This document shows positions 50,238 through 60,771 of a stretch of 64,000 nt of DNA, piece by piece. The position numbers were made by a program, and so were the translations under genes. The stretch spans positions 64,001 through 128,000 of the forward strand of contig CAWJQC010000008.1 in the NCBI GenBank assembly GCA_963844965.1, given 5' to 3'. Numbering within the stretch: position 1 is the first letter of the stretch; each line of letters opens with the position of its first letter. Source of the DNA: an uncultured bacterium. GTDB lineage: Bacteria; Patescibacteriota; Minisyncoccia; UBA6257; 2-01-FULL-56-20. The notes under the pieces were generated by a model. That model was not told where the DNA came from. It saw nothing but the letters and a program-made list of their open reading frames with translations, and did no database searches.

Positions 50238-52813
50238 TTACTGTTTTACTATCTGATCTCCCAGTTCCACAAAACCGACCTCGTCGCCCTGCGTCGTGAG
50301 TTTTATATGGCTCCCGTGCTCAACTTTTTTCTCCAAAATTTTCTGCGCGAGCGGCGCGCGCAATTTTTCTTCTATCACGCGCCGCAGAGGTCTCGCGCCG
50401 AACGCGGGATCATATCCGATCCGCGCGAAAAGTTTTATAACCGCCGGATCAATTTCCATCTTTATCCCCTGCTCGCTCACCAACTCTGCGACATCCTTAA
50501 GATTCAGCGCGACTATTTTTTCCAAATCCGCCGGCTCTAAATTTTTGAACACGACAATCCGCGAGAACCTGTTCAAAAGTTCTGGTTTGAAAATGTCGGT
50601 CAGTTTTCTCTTCAGATAGTCGGCGATCTGCGCCACCGATTGACCCTGGCTCAGGGCGTCATTGATGATATCCGAATGGGCATTAGAGGTGGCGATTATA
50701 ATCGTGTTCTCAAAATCAACCGTGCGGCCGAGATTATCCGTGAGCCGGCCATCGTCAAACACCTGCAAAAATAAATTCAAGATATCAGGGAAGGCCTTCT
50801 CAAATTCATCCAAAAGGATCAAACTATACGGCTTTTGCAGAATCGCGTCCGTCAAAGCTCCGCTTACCTGGCCATCGGGCGTTCCGATAAACCTGAAAAA
50901 ACTCTGCTTATCCTGATATTCCGTCATGTCAAACCTCACCATTTCCTTATCCGAACCGAATTGGACCTTCGCCAAGATTTTGGCGAGTTCGGTTTTGCCG
51001 ACGCCGGTCGGACCGACGAAAAGAAAACTGGCGATCGGTCCGCCTGGCCGCGCGAGCCCGCTCCTGTACTCGCGCAGGGCATCCGCCACGACCCCCACCG
51101 CCTCCTCCTGGTCGATCATCCGTTCGTGTATTGTCTCCTCCAACTTGAGAAGTTTTTGCGCCTCGGCTTCGGTTGCCTCGTGCAGCGGAATATTTACCTT
51201 TGCTTCGGCCACGCTTACCACCCTGTCCGGCCCCACGTACTTTTCCCCGCGCCTTTGGGCGTCAACCAAAGCGCTCTTCAATATCTCCTCGGCGCTTGAA
51301 GGCAGAAATTTACTGCGCAAATATTTTTTTGCGAGCACAACCGCCTTCTTTATCGCGCCGAAACTTATGGTTACCCTGAACTGACGCTCGAGTATCAGAC
51401 TCTCGTAGGTTAAAATTTTTTCCGCGTCGGCGACGCTCACTTCGCTCACCCTGATTATTTCAAACGCGCCAGCAAAATCGCTACGCGGCTCTATGAACTG
51501 CTTGAAGTCGCGCGGAAAAGTGAGCCGATCACCGGAAAGGCATTGTTTGTTATTATCGGCATCAAGGCATCAGCGGCGGAAATGTACGCGGCGCCGGAGG
51601 TGCGCACCAAGTTGTGTATGTTCGGGATGTAAATGATGATGTTCCCGGCGATGGTGATTTCTTCAATTATGTCTTTGAGCCGCGCGGTCAGTACTTCGGG
51701 CGGCGCGCCCGCCACAAGACTTTCAAGCTCAAGCGACACCAACCGCTTGTCAAACAACGCCGGCGGAACTTCGTCCTTAACAAGTTCCGCGGCGAGGTGA
51801 GAAATTATGGTTTCCTTGCCGATGCCGGCCTCCCCGACCAAAATAGCGTTGGGATTTATCGGCCGCGCCAACACTTCCACCAGCCGTTCAAACTCCTCTT
51901 TGTGACCGATCAAAAAACCGGTCTGATTCTGGCGGGCAAGATCGGTAAAGTCGGTTGAATATTTATCAAGGGTAGGCGTCGGCCGCGACGTCCACGCCCT
52001 ATTCATTATGCGGTGTCGTATTTTCGGAGCACCAAACACAAAAAAGCCGCCGAGCGTCACTGGAATGCGGCGACTCATACTATGACCCAGGGAACTGAAG
52101 ATCATAGCGCGCTCAAGGTCGCCTACCTCGATCCCAAAAATGTTGAAAAGTCGGCTCATGGCTTCGTTTTTGACGAGAGGCATCGCCGAAAACAGGTCAC
52201 TTGATTCTATGAAGTTGTGGCTCGCGCCCATGGCCTGTTCCAAGGCCAAAAGCACGAGCGTTTCCGCGTTCGCCAATCTATCTTCTTTGGAAATCGCGGA
52301 CCACTCCCCGCTTTTTGAACTCTCGCCGAGAAACGCTTCTGTTTTCTGTTTGAATTCCTCTGGTTTTACATCAAGACGCTTTAACCCCTCTTCTATGTCG
52401 GACAAATTTAGAAGCTGATGCGCCGTTTCCAGAAAGAAATTCTGCTTGGTGATCATGCTCCGGTCAAATGCCCTCTCCAGGGCGGCGAACGCCTTCGGCC
52501 GCAGATAACTCGCCATATTAACTCTGCCTCTTTTCGGCAACTCTATAAGCGGCTTGTCGCCCTCGTTCAGGTGGAGAAAGCGGTCAAACAGGAACAAAGC
52601 GAGAAATATTCCCGCATAGCGCAGTCCCCAGACCCCGGAGAGAAGAAACGAAGCCGCCGTAGCCGCAGTCACGAGGTACATCACATAACTTAGAACTCTT
52701 ACGAATAATCTGCCCGGAAACGTCATCAAGAGTCGCGGGTCCTTATAACAGAAAACCGGACCCTCTCCAGCGACGCCCGCTGACGCTGTTCCTTTACTAT
52801 TTTCTTCGCTCAT
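50238..52813 (-). CDS. Clp-family double-AAA+ ATPase with N-terminal transmembrane helices (apparent frameshift near 51470)
   Basis: ORF 51491..52813 has two TM helices, a Clp_N-like region and AAA-1 (VGEAGIGKET). ORF 50238..51449 has AAA-2 (FLFVGPTGVGKTELAK ... sensor motifs). The frames are joined through a T4 run. Confidence 0.7.
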
Positions 52814-53172
52814 GGAGAATAGGAATGGAAATTAGTAGCGGCGAGAATAATAATAACCGGCGGAATCAAAACCCAAACAAGGTAAATAACAAGGAACACC
52901 AATCCCAAGAATAAATAGAGAACGCCGCCGATAAGTATCCTCCCTAAACGAAAGATCACGCCGAGAACTCTCCCGACTATCGTGTAATCCTTGTATAACG
53001 GCTGGAAGAAATATTTTATGGTAAGGCGAATCGCCAAAGACTTGTCCACCTCCTCCAAGATGGAAACAAACTTATGCGCCAAAAGACGCGAGCCGTCCAC
53101 GTACCAGTGATGGAAAAAATCCAAAATCCTGTAAATGGCGCGATTGATTAAATAAACCAAGGCGAAGTTCAT
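52810..53172 (-). CDS. Hypothetical membrane protein
   Basis: 120 aa. Its stop overlaps the clp-like gene start. Confidence 0.35.
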   Translation of the reverse strand: MNFALVYLINRAIYRILDFFHHWYVDGSRLLAHKFVSILEEVDKSLAIRLTIKYFFQPLYKDYTIVGRVLGVIFRLGRILIGGVLYLFLGLVFLVIYLVWVLIPPVIIILAATNFHSYSP

Positions 53173-53303
53173 TTATTTAAATTATACCCGTTTGAGCCCA
53201 AGAGAACAAAAGATGCGCACGAAGGACGAAAATAAAAAAACCCGCGCATTGGTGCAAGCAATGGCGAGTATTCATATGAACACCGACTATCTCCACGGAC
53301 CAA

Positions 53304-53705
53304 TCACTGTCTTTTCAGTTTGTGTTTTTCGCAACGCTTCACGAAAAGACTTGTCGCGCAAATCGCGCCATCGGGTAGCCGTACCAAAAATGGGAGAGAT
53401 TCGGTAAAATAGAATAATCCTGTGTAATCTATCCACGAACCAAGCAAGCCGAATAGCATGTACTCAGGATCAAGCCCTTTCGTTTTGTAGAAAGCCAGAA
53501 GCTCTTCAAACGTAAACTGCGTCCAACGACCCTTTTCCTGGAAGAAACGGACCAGTGCCACGGCGGCTTCTTCCACCTCGCACTTTCCGAACGTCTCTGA
53601 AAGTCCGTCGGAGAGATCAATATCGCTTGGCCTGGTTTTTTGGCTTGGTTTGTCGGCGGATTCACTGATCACACTAAAACTAACCCCCTCTGCTGTTTTA
53701 AACAT
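53304..53705 (-). CDS. Hypothetical protein
   Basis: The 133-aa ORF has no recognisable motif. Confidence 0.3.
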   Translation of the reverse strand: MFKTAEGVSFSVISESADKPSQKTRPSDIDLSDGLSETFGKCEVEEAAVALVRFFQEKGRWTQFTFEELLAFYKTKGLDPEYMLFGLLGSWIDYTGLFYFTESLPFLVRLPDGAICATSLFVKRCEKHKLKRQ

Positions 53706-53780
53706 AACACCTCCTTCACACTACAAGCTAAGCGCAGATTAGCATATCGGCAATTTATCTGTCAAATTCGTCGCCGGGTT

Positions 53781-54422
53781 TTAAAACAACTTCGGCTGCG
53801 GCGGTTTCTTCGGCTTAGTTTCTTTCGCGGCGACGGCACCCGGCATTATGACGGTGAGCGGTGATTCTGTAAGAAATTTTCCCGAAACGATGTCCGGAAG
53901 CTTTTTGAAATCATCGCGGAGCTGATTCAAAACTTCGGTGGAGCGCAAGGCTGCTGCCGTGTGAAAAAGAGGAATGACCAGCCGACCGTCAACTTTAAAA
54001 ACCTTCCCGTGATCTCTTGAAATTTTGGCTTCGGGCAAAAAATAATTCATGGCGAACCGCCCCACGGCCGCAATGATTTTCGGGTTGATTATTTCAACCT
54101 GCTTTGTCAGATATGGCTTATATGCCTCAATTTCGTCCGGGCTAGGGTCGCGGTTCTCCGGCGGGCGGCGCTTGACAATGTTCGTGATATATACATTCCC
54201 ACGCTTCCAGCCGATTGCTCTGATAAACTCGTCCAAAAGTTGCCCGGCGCGACCGACAAACGGCCGCTTGAGGCGGTCTTCGTGAAACCCCGGTGCCTCG
54301 CCAATGAACATAACTTCGCAATCGGGATTGCCTTCGCCGAAGACCAAATTCGTCTGAAGTGGCAGGGACTTGTCGGCGGCGATTTCGGCTTCAAGTTTTT
54401 TGAGTTCGTCGTCTTTGCTCAT
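53781..54422 (-). CDS. Uracil-DNA glycosylase, family 4
   Basis: GEGNPDCEVMFIGEAPGFHEDRLKRPFVGRAGQLL and HTAAALR. The start is MSKDDELKK at 54422. Confidence 0.8.
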   Translation of the reverse strand: MSKDDELKKLEAEIAADKSLPLQTNLVFGEGNPDCEVMFIGEAPGFHEDRLKRPFVGRAGQLLDEFIRAIGWKRGNVYITNIVKRRPPENRDPSPDEIEAYKPYLTKQVEIINPKIIAAVGRFAMNYFLPEAKISRDHGKVFKVDGRLVIPLFHTAAALRSTEVLNQLRDDFKKLPDIVSGKFLTESPLTVIMPGAVAAKETKPKKPPQPKLF

Positions 54423-54573
54423 ATCAGAAATTATACACGAGTTCATTTTTTGTAGTAATACCGGAAAATTATCGTGACACTGAAACGAAAGATGGCAACG
54501 TAAATCTTCCCAACGTAAAAAGCCGGTCGCCTGAGGCGACCGGCTTTTTATTTGCTGTCGCGACAGCAAATCG

Positions 54574-54855
54574 TTAGAGTATCGCTTCCTTCGCGGCTTT
54601 GGCAACGCGGAATTTCACAACCGTCTTCGCCTTGATCTGGATCTGCTCGCCGGTTGCCGGATTTCGTCCCATTCGGGCCGCGCGGTGCTTCTTCACCAGT
54701 TTTCCAAATCCAGGAAGAGAAAACTCGCCCGCGGATTTAACCTGGCCGTAAGCAATCTCAGCAAGAGTGTCCAAAAACATTCCCGCCTGCTTTTTTGACA
54801 CCTCGGCTTTCTCGGCAAGCTTCCCCAAAAGCTCCGACTTCGTCATTTTCGCCAT
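54574..54855 (-). CDS. hup: DNA-binding protein HU
   Basis: MAKMTKSELLGKLAEKAEVSKKQAGMFLDTLAEI...RMGRNPATGEQIQIKAKTVVKFR. Confidence 0.85.
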   Translation of the reverse strand: MAKMTKSELLGKLAEKAEVSKKQAGMFLDTLAEIAYGQVKSAGEFSLPGFGKLVKKHRAARMGRNPATGEQIQIKAKTVVKFRVAKAAKEAIL

Positions 54856-54981
54856 GAGTTTGGTTTTGAATTAAATTTATGCCGACCTTGTGTATATGTA
54901 TATTATATAACAAATCAGGGCTTGCACACAAAGCGGCTTATATGCTAAAACACAATCAGTAAAAATTGGCAGGAGAATAAG

Positions 54982-56187
54982 GTGAAAATCGAAATTGCCT
55001 TCAAGGATTTCAAACTGCAATCCCTGAACGCGCTCCCGGTGGGAAAACGCATCCAGCGGATATCTTTGGGGATCAAAAAGGGCATGGATTACCCCCGCGG
55101 TAAGGTTGGCAAATTCATCTTATCGCAATTCGGCACCATACACCTCGTAAGTCCGCTTCTTCCGGAAAGCATAGTCACGACAAATTACGCGCTTTGCAAT
55201 GAGGCGAGAGAACTGCTCGGCGAAATGTATGAATCCTGTGGCAAAGAAGCGCCGAAGGTGGCCTGCGGGAGTAGGGTAATTCCCGGTTCAAGCTTCGAAA
55301 AATCACGGCGTTTGGAAAGAAATGGTGTCGTTATCCCATTTTCCGGCGGGAAAGACGGCGCGCATCATTACCTGAAATCCATGAAATCCGGTCTTACCCC
55401 GCGCCTTGTCCATATTCGCAACATGAACCTCGCGTCCACTTCTGAAGAATTCGCGTGGGCGGGAAAACTTTCAAGTTTTCTTGAGGAAGATCTGGACATA
55501 ATTCATCTGCACAACGGCGTACCCAAGAACGGCTTTGACACCATGAGATTCCGCGACATGTTCCTCGTCGCTCTGATGATCCCATATAACCTCAAATACG
55601 GCGCCGAAAAAACGATCATAGAGGGCTTTGCCGACGAACTTGAGGGCAACATGGAGCTTTTCAGCGGCAAAGAAAGTGAAATGAAAAAATTTAACGAGCT
55701 GCTCAACGATTTGGGATTCCCGATAAAAATTTCGTGGTACAACATGCCGGAATGGCGAGTTTTGAAATGGCTGATCCTGAACCATCCCGATGTTCTCGCG
55801 AATACTAACAGCTGTTTCGCGTATCCACTCTTGAAACTCCAGCAGAAGGATAGGGTAAAAGAACTTTTTCCCGGCTTCCCTTTCTTTGAAAGCCAATGCG
55901 GAATGTGCTTCAAGTGTTTCATAGTGAACCTCGCGCGAATCGCTTTTGACGACGTAGATTGTCCGGCAGAAATTTTGAGAAGATATGTAATTACCGCCGA
56001 TGCGTGGCTTGCGAAGAAAATCAAGAATTTGGGCGCGTATTACAATGACCCGAGTTTTTCCCGCCTGCTCGCGCTAACCAAACAAAAGATACAGACAGTT
56101 CAGCCGCCGACCAAGGGTCCGGCGGTTTTAGTTTTCGGCCGCGCGCCAGAAATCCTCTTATTGCGCCCCGGCGGTATTCCGTGTTAA
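54982..56187 (+). CDS. PP-loop superfamily ATP pyrophosphatase (TtcA/diphthamide-synthase-like), putative
   Basis: A PP-loop (VVIPFSGGKDGAHH) is present with a C-terminal Cys cluster (SQCGMCFKCF). Confidence 0.45.
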   Translation: MKIEIAFKDFKLQSLNALPVGKRIQRISLGIKKGMDYPRGKVGKFILSQFGTIHLVSPLLPESIVTTNYALCNEARELLGEMYESCGKEAPKVACGSRVIPGSSFEKSRRLERNGVVIPFSGGKDGAHHYLKSMKSGLTPRLVHIRNMNLASTSEEFAWAGKLSSFLEEDLDIIHLHNGVPKNGFDTMRFRDMFLVALMIPYNLKYGAEKTIIEGFADELEGNMELFSGKESEMKKFNELLNDLGFPIKISWYNMPEWRVLKWLILNHPDVLANTNSCFAYPLLKLQQKDRVKELFPGFPFFESQCGMCFKCFIVNLARIAFDDVDCPAEILRRYVITADAWLAKKIKNLGAYYNDPSFSRLLALTKQKIQTVQPPTKGPAVLVFGRAPEILLLRPGGIPC

Positions 56188-56301
56188 AAATTAAGCAGCA
56201 AAATTAAAGTCGCTGGAGCGGATAATGAGCAAGAAACACCGGAAAAATAAGCGGTTATTAGGACTATCTACTGTTCAGGAAGGAAACCGCGGGAGCGTGC
56301 C

Positions 56302-56595
56302 ATGCGATGGCTGATTACACTTAAAACCGAAGATGGCCTTATCGTACCCTGCCGGCTCATGAATGCGTTCCGCTGCAAGGGATTGAAAATCGTGACCTTG
56401 GCCATGGCGGCCCGGCCGTGTGGCTATTCCATGATGGCGGTCGTGGAGCCACCGGAAGGCGCTGACGCCGACTACATCTTTAACTTCCTGCGCCGCATGG
56501 GGGGCGTTCAGAGTGTTGTTATCAACAAAAAACCACCATCAGCAGAAAAAGAGGAGTACGAAATTGTTTTTTTCGCGCCGCCTGCGCCAAAGTAG
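56302..56595 (+). CDS. Hypothetical protein
   Basis: The 97-aa ORF has no recognisable motif. Confidence 0.3.
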   Translation: MRWLITLKTEDGLIVPCRLMNAFRCKGLKIVTLAMAARPCGYSMMAVVEPPEGADADYIFNFLRRMGGVQSVVINKKPPSAEKEEYEIVFFAPPAPK

Positions 56596-56637
56596 GCGGC
56601 TTTTTGTTTTGTCGCACAAACACGCAAAAAATTAAAT

Positions 56638-56712
56638 TGGTGCCCCCGCGAGGAATTGAACCTCGACCACCTCCTTCGGAGGGAGATATTCTATCCGTTA
56701 AACTACGGGGGC
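56638..56712 (-). tRNA. tRNA-Arg(CCG) with encoded CCA
   Basis: Minus-strand fold: acceptor GCCCCCG/CGGGGGC, anticodon arm TCTCC-CTCCGAA-GGAGG (CCG), T arm CGAGG-TTCAATT-CCTCG, then A-CCA. The D stem is weak (GTTT/GAAT). Confidence 0.8.
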
Positions 56713-56730
56713 TGGCTTTGAGCTTACTTT

Positions 56731-56790
56731 ACCCCCACACCCAACAGCAAGCAAGTTTTCTGCTTACAGTTACTTGCTGTCAGGTGTGGG
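56731..56790. terminator. Long near-perfect hairpin (about 25-bp stem); likely bidirectional terminator
   Basis: ccccacacccaacagcaagcaagt / acttgctgtcaggtgtggggg. It lies between the 3' ends of tRNA-Arg and the membrane protein gene 56780..57913. Confidence 0.45.
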
Positions 56791-57913
56791 GGCTTACAAT
56801 AAAATAGTAGACCCCGTAAATTGCAGCAAGTATGAACACAAGCGAAATCACGTTCAAGAGAATTCGTTTCACGCCGCCGATCTGGAGAACTTTTTTCCCG
56901 ACCAAAATTATCAAGAGATACTGCAAGCTCAAGAACACGCCGCCGGTGAGGCCAATCACGTTAGCGAAATTATTCAAACCAAGGTAAACCAGAGCTAGCG
57001 GCAAAAGAAGCGTAATTCCAAGGCCTAATCCTCGCGACAGGCGCAGGTCGTTAACGAGCGAGTGCTTGATCTCCAAACTTATGGGTAAATGCGAGGTCCA
57101 GATCGCGAAGATGCCCATAACGGCGAGCAGGGCAATTTTGTAGCCCGGCCAGCCGATGAGCCCAGACAAAGTATCCGATGTGATCATGGACGATGAACCG
57201 AAAATTCCCACGACAAACATAAGATACAGCACCGCGACGATCGCAGTTCCCGCGGCCAGCGCCAAATACGGCTGAGCCGCCGGCGCAAGGTCGGATTTCA
57301 ATCTCCTCTCCGTGTCAAACACCGGCTCAACCGCGGTCCAGCCGGCCAATGCGAAAAGGATCGCGCCGAAAGGAAAAAAAATATTCCTGAAATTGACGGC
57401 GTGAGCGGCAGACAACGCCCCGACCGGATTTGAAGAAAAAAAGATGAAAAATATTATGGCTGCGGTTAAAATTATTCCTAAAATTTCCAAGTTAAGACCG
57501 CGGCGTTCCTTAAGTAGGAGCGGCAACGCTGTCACAAACCAAAAGATGGGTAAAGCCAGTGCCACAGGCACAAAAGGAAACAATAATCTGACGAACTGAC
57601 CTCCCAAAATCAAATAAGCGACAAGCGCCAAGATCAAGCCTCCCAATATCACGAACAATCCAACGCCAAAACCCAATCTGCCAAGGTATCCGCGCGAGAG
57701 GCCGAGCAATCTGTTCCTCTCTTTAACTTTTTCCAAGACGCGGAAATACAAAGCGTGAGCGGACACGACAATCGCCGAAAAAATCAGCAAATAAAAAAGG
57801 CCGGTAAACCATCCGGCCGCGAGAAACACGTAAGGCAGTGCGAAAACTCCCGCTCCGATAGTCGCCGCGGCCGCAAGCCCGGCTTCTTTCACGAAACTTT
57901 TTAGCGGACCCAT
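56780..57913 (-). CDS. Polytopic membrane protein (transporter-like)
   Basis: The 377-aa ORF has about 11 predicted TM helices. Confidence 0.4.
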   Translation of the reverse strand: MGPLKSFVKEAGLAAAATIGAGVFALPYVFLAAGWFTGLFYLLIFSAIVVSAHALYFRVLEKVKERNRLLGLSRGYLGRLGFGVGLFVILGGLILALVAYLILGGQFVRLLFPFVPVALALPIFWFVTALPLLLKERRGLNLEILGIILTAAIIFFIFFSSNPVGALSAAHAVNFRNIFFPFGAILFALAGWTAVEPVFDTERRLKSDLAPAAQPYLALAAGTAIVAVLYLMFVVGIFGSSSMITSDTLSGLIGWPGYKIALLAVMGIFAIWTSHLPISLEIKHSLVNDLRLSRGLGLGITLLLPLALVYLGLNNFANVIGLTGGVFLSLQYLLIILVGKKVLQIGGVKRILLNVISLVFILAAIYGVYYFIVSPHT

Positions 57914-57953
57914 TGAGGATTTACCGATTACTAATTGCCAATTTCCAAACTAG

Positions 57954-58217
57954 TTATTCCGCCCCAAAAACCTGGTCTCCTTCCCGGACCTTGCCCTCAA
58001 CTTTAATGCCGACTTCCTGGCCCTTTTTTGCTGACTCTATCGGTTTGTGGTCGTACTGCATTGATTTTATATCTTCCGTAAAATCGGTTGTCGCGCCCTT
58101 ATAGTGGAGTTTTGCGCCAACGTCAACCTTCTTATTGAATTTAACGATGGCAACCTCCAAATTGCCGAAGTAGTGGGTCACCTCCCCGATCGGTTTTGGT
58201 TCCGAAGATTTTGGCAT
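57954..58217 (-). CDS. Hypothetical small protein
   Basis: The 87-aa ORF has a beta-barrel-like composition. Confidence 0.3.
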   Translation of the reverse strand: MPKSSEPKPIGEVTHYFGNLEVAIVKFNKKVDVGAKLHYKGATTDFTEDIKSMQYDHKPIESAKKGQEVGIKVEGKVREGDQVFGAE

Positions 58218-58312
58218 TGTATTATTGTTAATCGCTCAGCGCCAAGCACGTATCACACAATTCGCAGTTCGCACTTTGCGCTTAGCCAATAAATTTTCGA
58301 CCTTTGCTCAAT

Positions 58313-58906
58313 TTATTTCTCCTTCTCCTCTTCTTCTATCAAGGTCACGACCTTGTCCAGAAGCTCCTCTGGATCACCCGAATAAACCACCTTGCCGCCG
58401 CCTTTGCGCGACTTCTCAATTATTTCCTTAATCATATCGCATACGCCACCCGTGCCGGTCAAAACCCCCTGTGGCTTCTGATCCTCAAAGCCGATGGTGA
58501 ATTCGTTCAAGGTCCCCATGCGCCCGCAAATCGTGATAATCGCGTCCGCGGAACGCGTGAGAAGTAAATTGCGCCCGGAGTATTCAAAGCCGGTATAAAC
58601 TATAAGATCGTGATAGTCGGTGGGCAAATGGTAAGAATTCACGTGAGCAAGTTTTGACGCCGCCGGAGAAAGTCCTATCACTATCCCTCCGGCTTCCTTC
58701 GCGCCCTTCGCTGCCCAGTAAGGGATGCCTGTCGTCGCGCCGGTGACCAAAATCATATTGCGCTCGGCGATTAATTTGCCGAGCCTCTCGGCCTTCTCCA
58801 CGGCGTCTTGCGAGCAAATATCGGTTTCGGCCGCTCCCGAAATGCAAATTTTATACTTAAGATGCTGTGTCCCCAATTTGGAATGATTTGCCTTCATCTT
58901 TGGCAT
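58313..58906 (-). CDS. TIGR00725/LOG-like Rossmann-fold protein
   Basis: ICISGAAETD ... ILVTGATTGIPYWAAKGAKEAGG ... ITICGRMGTLNEF. Confidence 0.55.
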   Translation of the reverse strand: MPKMKANHSKLGTQHLKYKICISGAAETDICSQDAVEKAERLGKLIAERNMILVTGATTGIPYWAAKGAKEAGGIVIGLSPAASKLAHVNSYHLPTDYHDLIVYTGFEYSGRNLLLTRSADAIITICGRMGTLNEFTIGFEDQKPQGVLTGTGGVCDMIKEIIEKSRKGGGKVVYSGDPEELLDKVVTLIEEEEKEK

Positions 58907-59230
58907 GGTCTAAGTATAACAAATATAAAAAATAATTCGAGCGTTGAACACTCTATAACTTTCCAATTTCTGTCCGGCGCGACGCGAAGCTGGCCTTTTT
59001 CGTAGATGCGTCTTATGTGGTGCTCGCAAGATTTAAAATGAACTACCGCCGCTTAAGAGCGGTGGTATTAGAACTGCCACGCCTCGCACGCAACCAGATT
59101 TTACATCACTTAGCATGCGGTAGTTCACCCCGCCCCCACTTTTACTTATGACACTTGCGATTCTTTTTCCGTGTTGATGGCACAAACCTATACATTTTTC
59201 TCCTGACGTTTTAAGTAAAAGTGAGGCGGG

Positions 59231-59328
59231 GTTTATGTTTTCCATTCCGCAATCCTGCCCCGCTCTACTGGCGGGGGGGTATTCCTGCCTGCCGGCAGGC
59301 AGGCTTGCGGGGAAAACATAAAACAAAT
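59231..59328. repeat. Inverted-repeat mini-element enclosing the 20-bp palindrome CCTGCCTGCCGGCAGGCAGG (59284-59303)
   Basis: The arms are gtttatgttttcc (59231-59243) and ggaaaacataaaac (59311-59324), with an inner CCCCGC/GCGGGGG stem. It sits in the 300-bp spacer between the MBL RNase and the LOG-like gene. Confidence 0.5.
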
Positions 59329-60709
59329 TAAGTCAGTTCAACTTCTTCTCCTGCCTTCGGCACTTCGGCGAGAACCGCGAAGTCGTCCTTGATTTTAGTG
59401 GCCAAGGCCTCGCTTGCGCCTTCCTCGCCCTGCACGACGAAAACTTTTTTAAGCGTTCTGCGCATTGGTTCAAGCCATTTCAAAAGCAACGGCTGGTCGG
59501 CGTGCGCGGAATAACCGCCGATTACCACCTTCCTGCAACGAACGGGGACTTCTTCCCCGAAAATTTTTACAGAGGTGGCGCCGTCAAGAATCTGCCTGCC
59601 GAGCGAGCCCGCCGCCTGATATCCGACAAAGAGAATCGTATTTTTCTCCCCGGGAAGGTAGCGCAATTCGTGATGCAGGATCCTTCCACTGTGCGACATG
59701 CCGGAACCGGCGACAACGACTTTCGGCGGCGGCACGTCGTTGATTTCTTTGGATTGCTCCGTGGTAAGCGTGAGCCGCAAGCCGGGGAAATTCAGGATGT
59801 CATCGCCGGAATGCGCCAATTTTTCCGTTTCGGGATTGAAATAATTCTCGTATTTTTTATAAATCGCCGTAAGTTTTATGGCTAGCGGGCTGTCAATGAA
59901 AACCGGTACTCGCGGCACTCTTTTTTCCGTAAACAACTGGTGCAGGTGGTATAGAAGCTCCTGCGTGCGTTCCATCGCGAACGTCGGTATGAGCAGCACG
60001 CCCTTCCGCCTCACGGTGTCTTCAATCGCGTCCTCAAGCATTTCCCTGCGCTTGTCTATCCCCTCGTGAACCCTGTCACCGTACGTGGACTCAATCAGAC
60101 AATAGTCGGCAGAATTTATCTTTTCCGTCGGTTGAATTATCGGCGCGGGATAATTTCCGAGGTCACCGGAGAAAACAACCGTTTTCCCCTCGGCGATAAC
60201 TTTTATTATGGCTGAACCCAGTATGTGTCCCGCGTCAAAAAGCTCAACCCGCCAGCCCGAGGCCGGTCCGCCTCCGGAGGAGAAATTGCCGATACTCAAC
60301 CGGCGTGTGGTAATCAAGTTTCCGCCACAATTTCATCAGTTCAAATATATCCTGCGTAGTGTAGAGCAACGGTTTTTTCTCCCGTTCCGCTTCCTGGGCC
60401 AATATGTGCTCCGAATCTAAAAGCAAAAGTTCTGCGAAGTCTTTTTGTCGCGGGCGTGGAATAAACCGTTCCGCGGAAACCATCTTTCCAAAGTTTGGGT
60501 AAAAGACCTATGTGGTCAATGTGCGAATGGGTTATGAAAACCGCCTCTACGTTCTTGGGATCGTAAGGAAACGGTTCAAAATTTCTGCGCTCGGCATAAT
60601 GGCCTCCCTGGTGAAGTCCGCAATCAATCATAATCTTTTTCCCACCCGACTCAAGAATATAGTTGGCGCCGGTAACCTCGCCGACGCCACCATAGAAAGT
60701 TAAACGCAT
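59328..60709 (-). CDS. MBL-fold beta-CASP ribonuclease (apparent frameshift near 60320-60340)
   Basis: ORF 60341..60709 has the HxHxDH motif (FITHSHIDHIG). ORF 59328..60317 has the beta-CASP and C-terminal parts (GYSAHADQ). Confidence 0.7.
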
Positions 60710-60771
60710 TCTTAAATTGTAAATCTCCTTAATGATAAAAACAAAGCGCGTTGACGCAAATTTGTGTGAAG

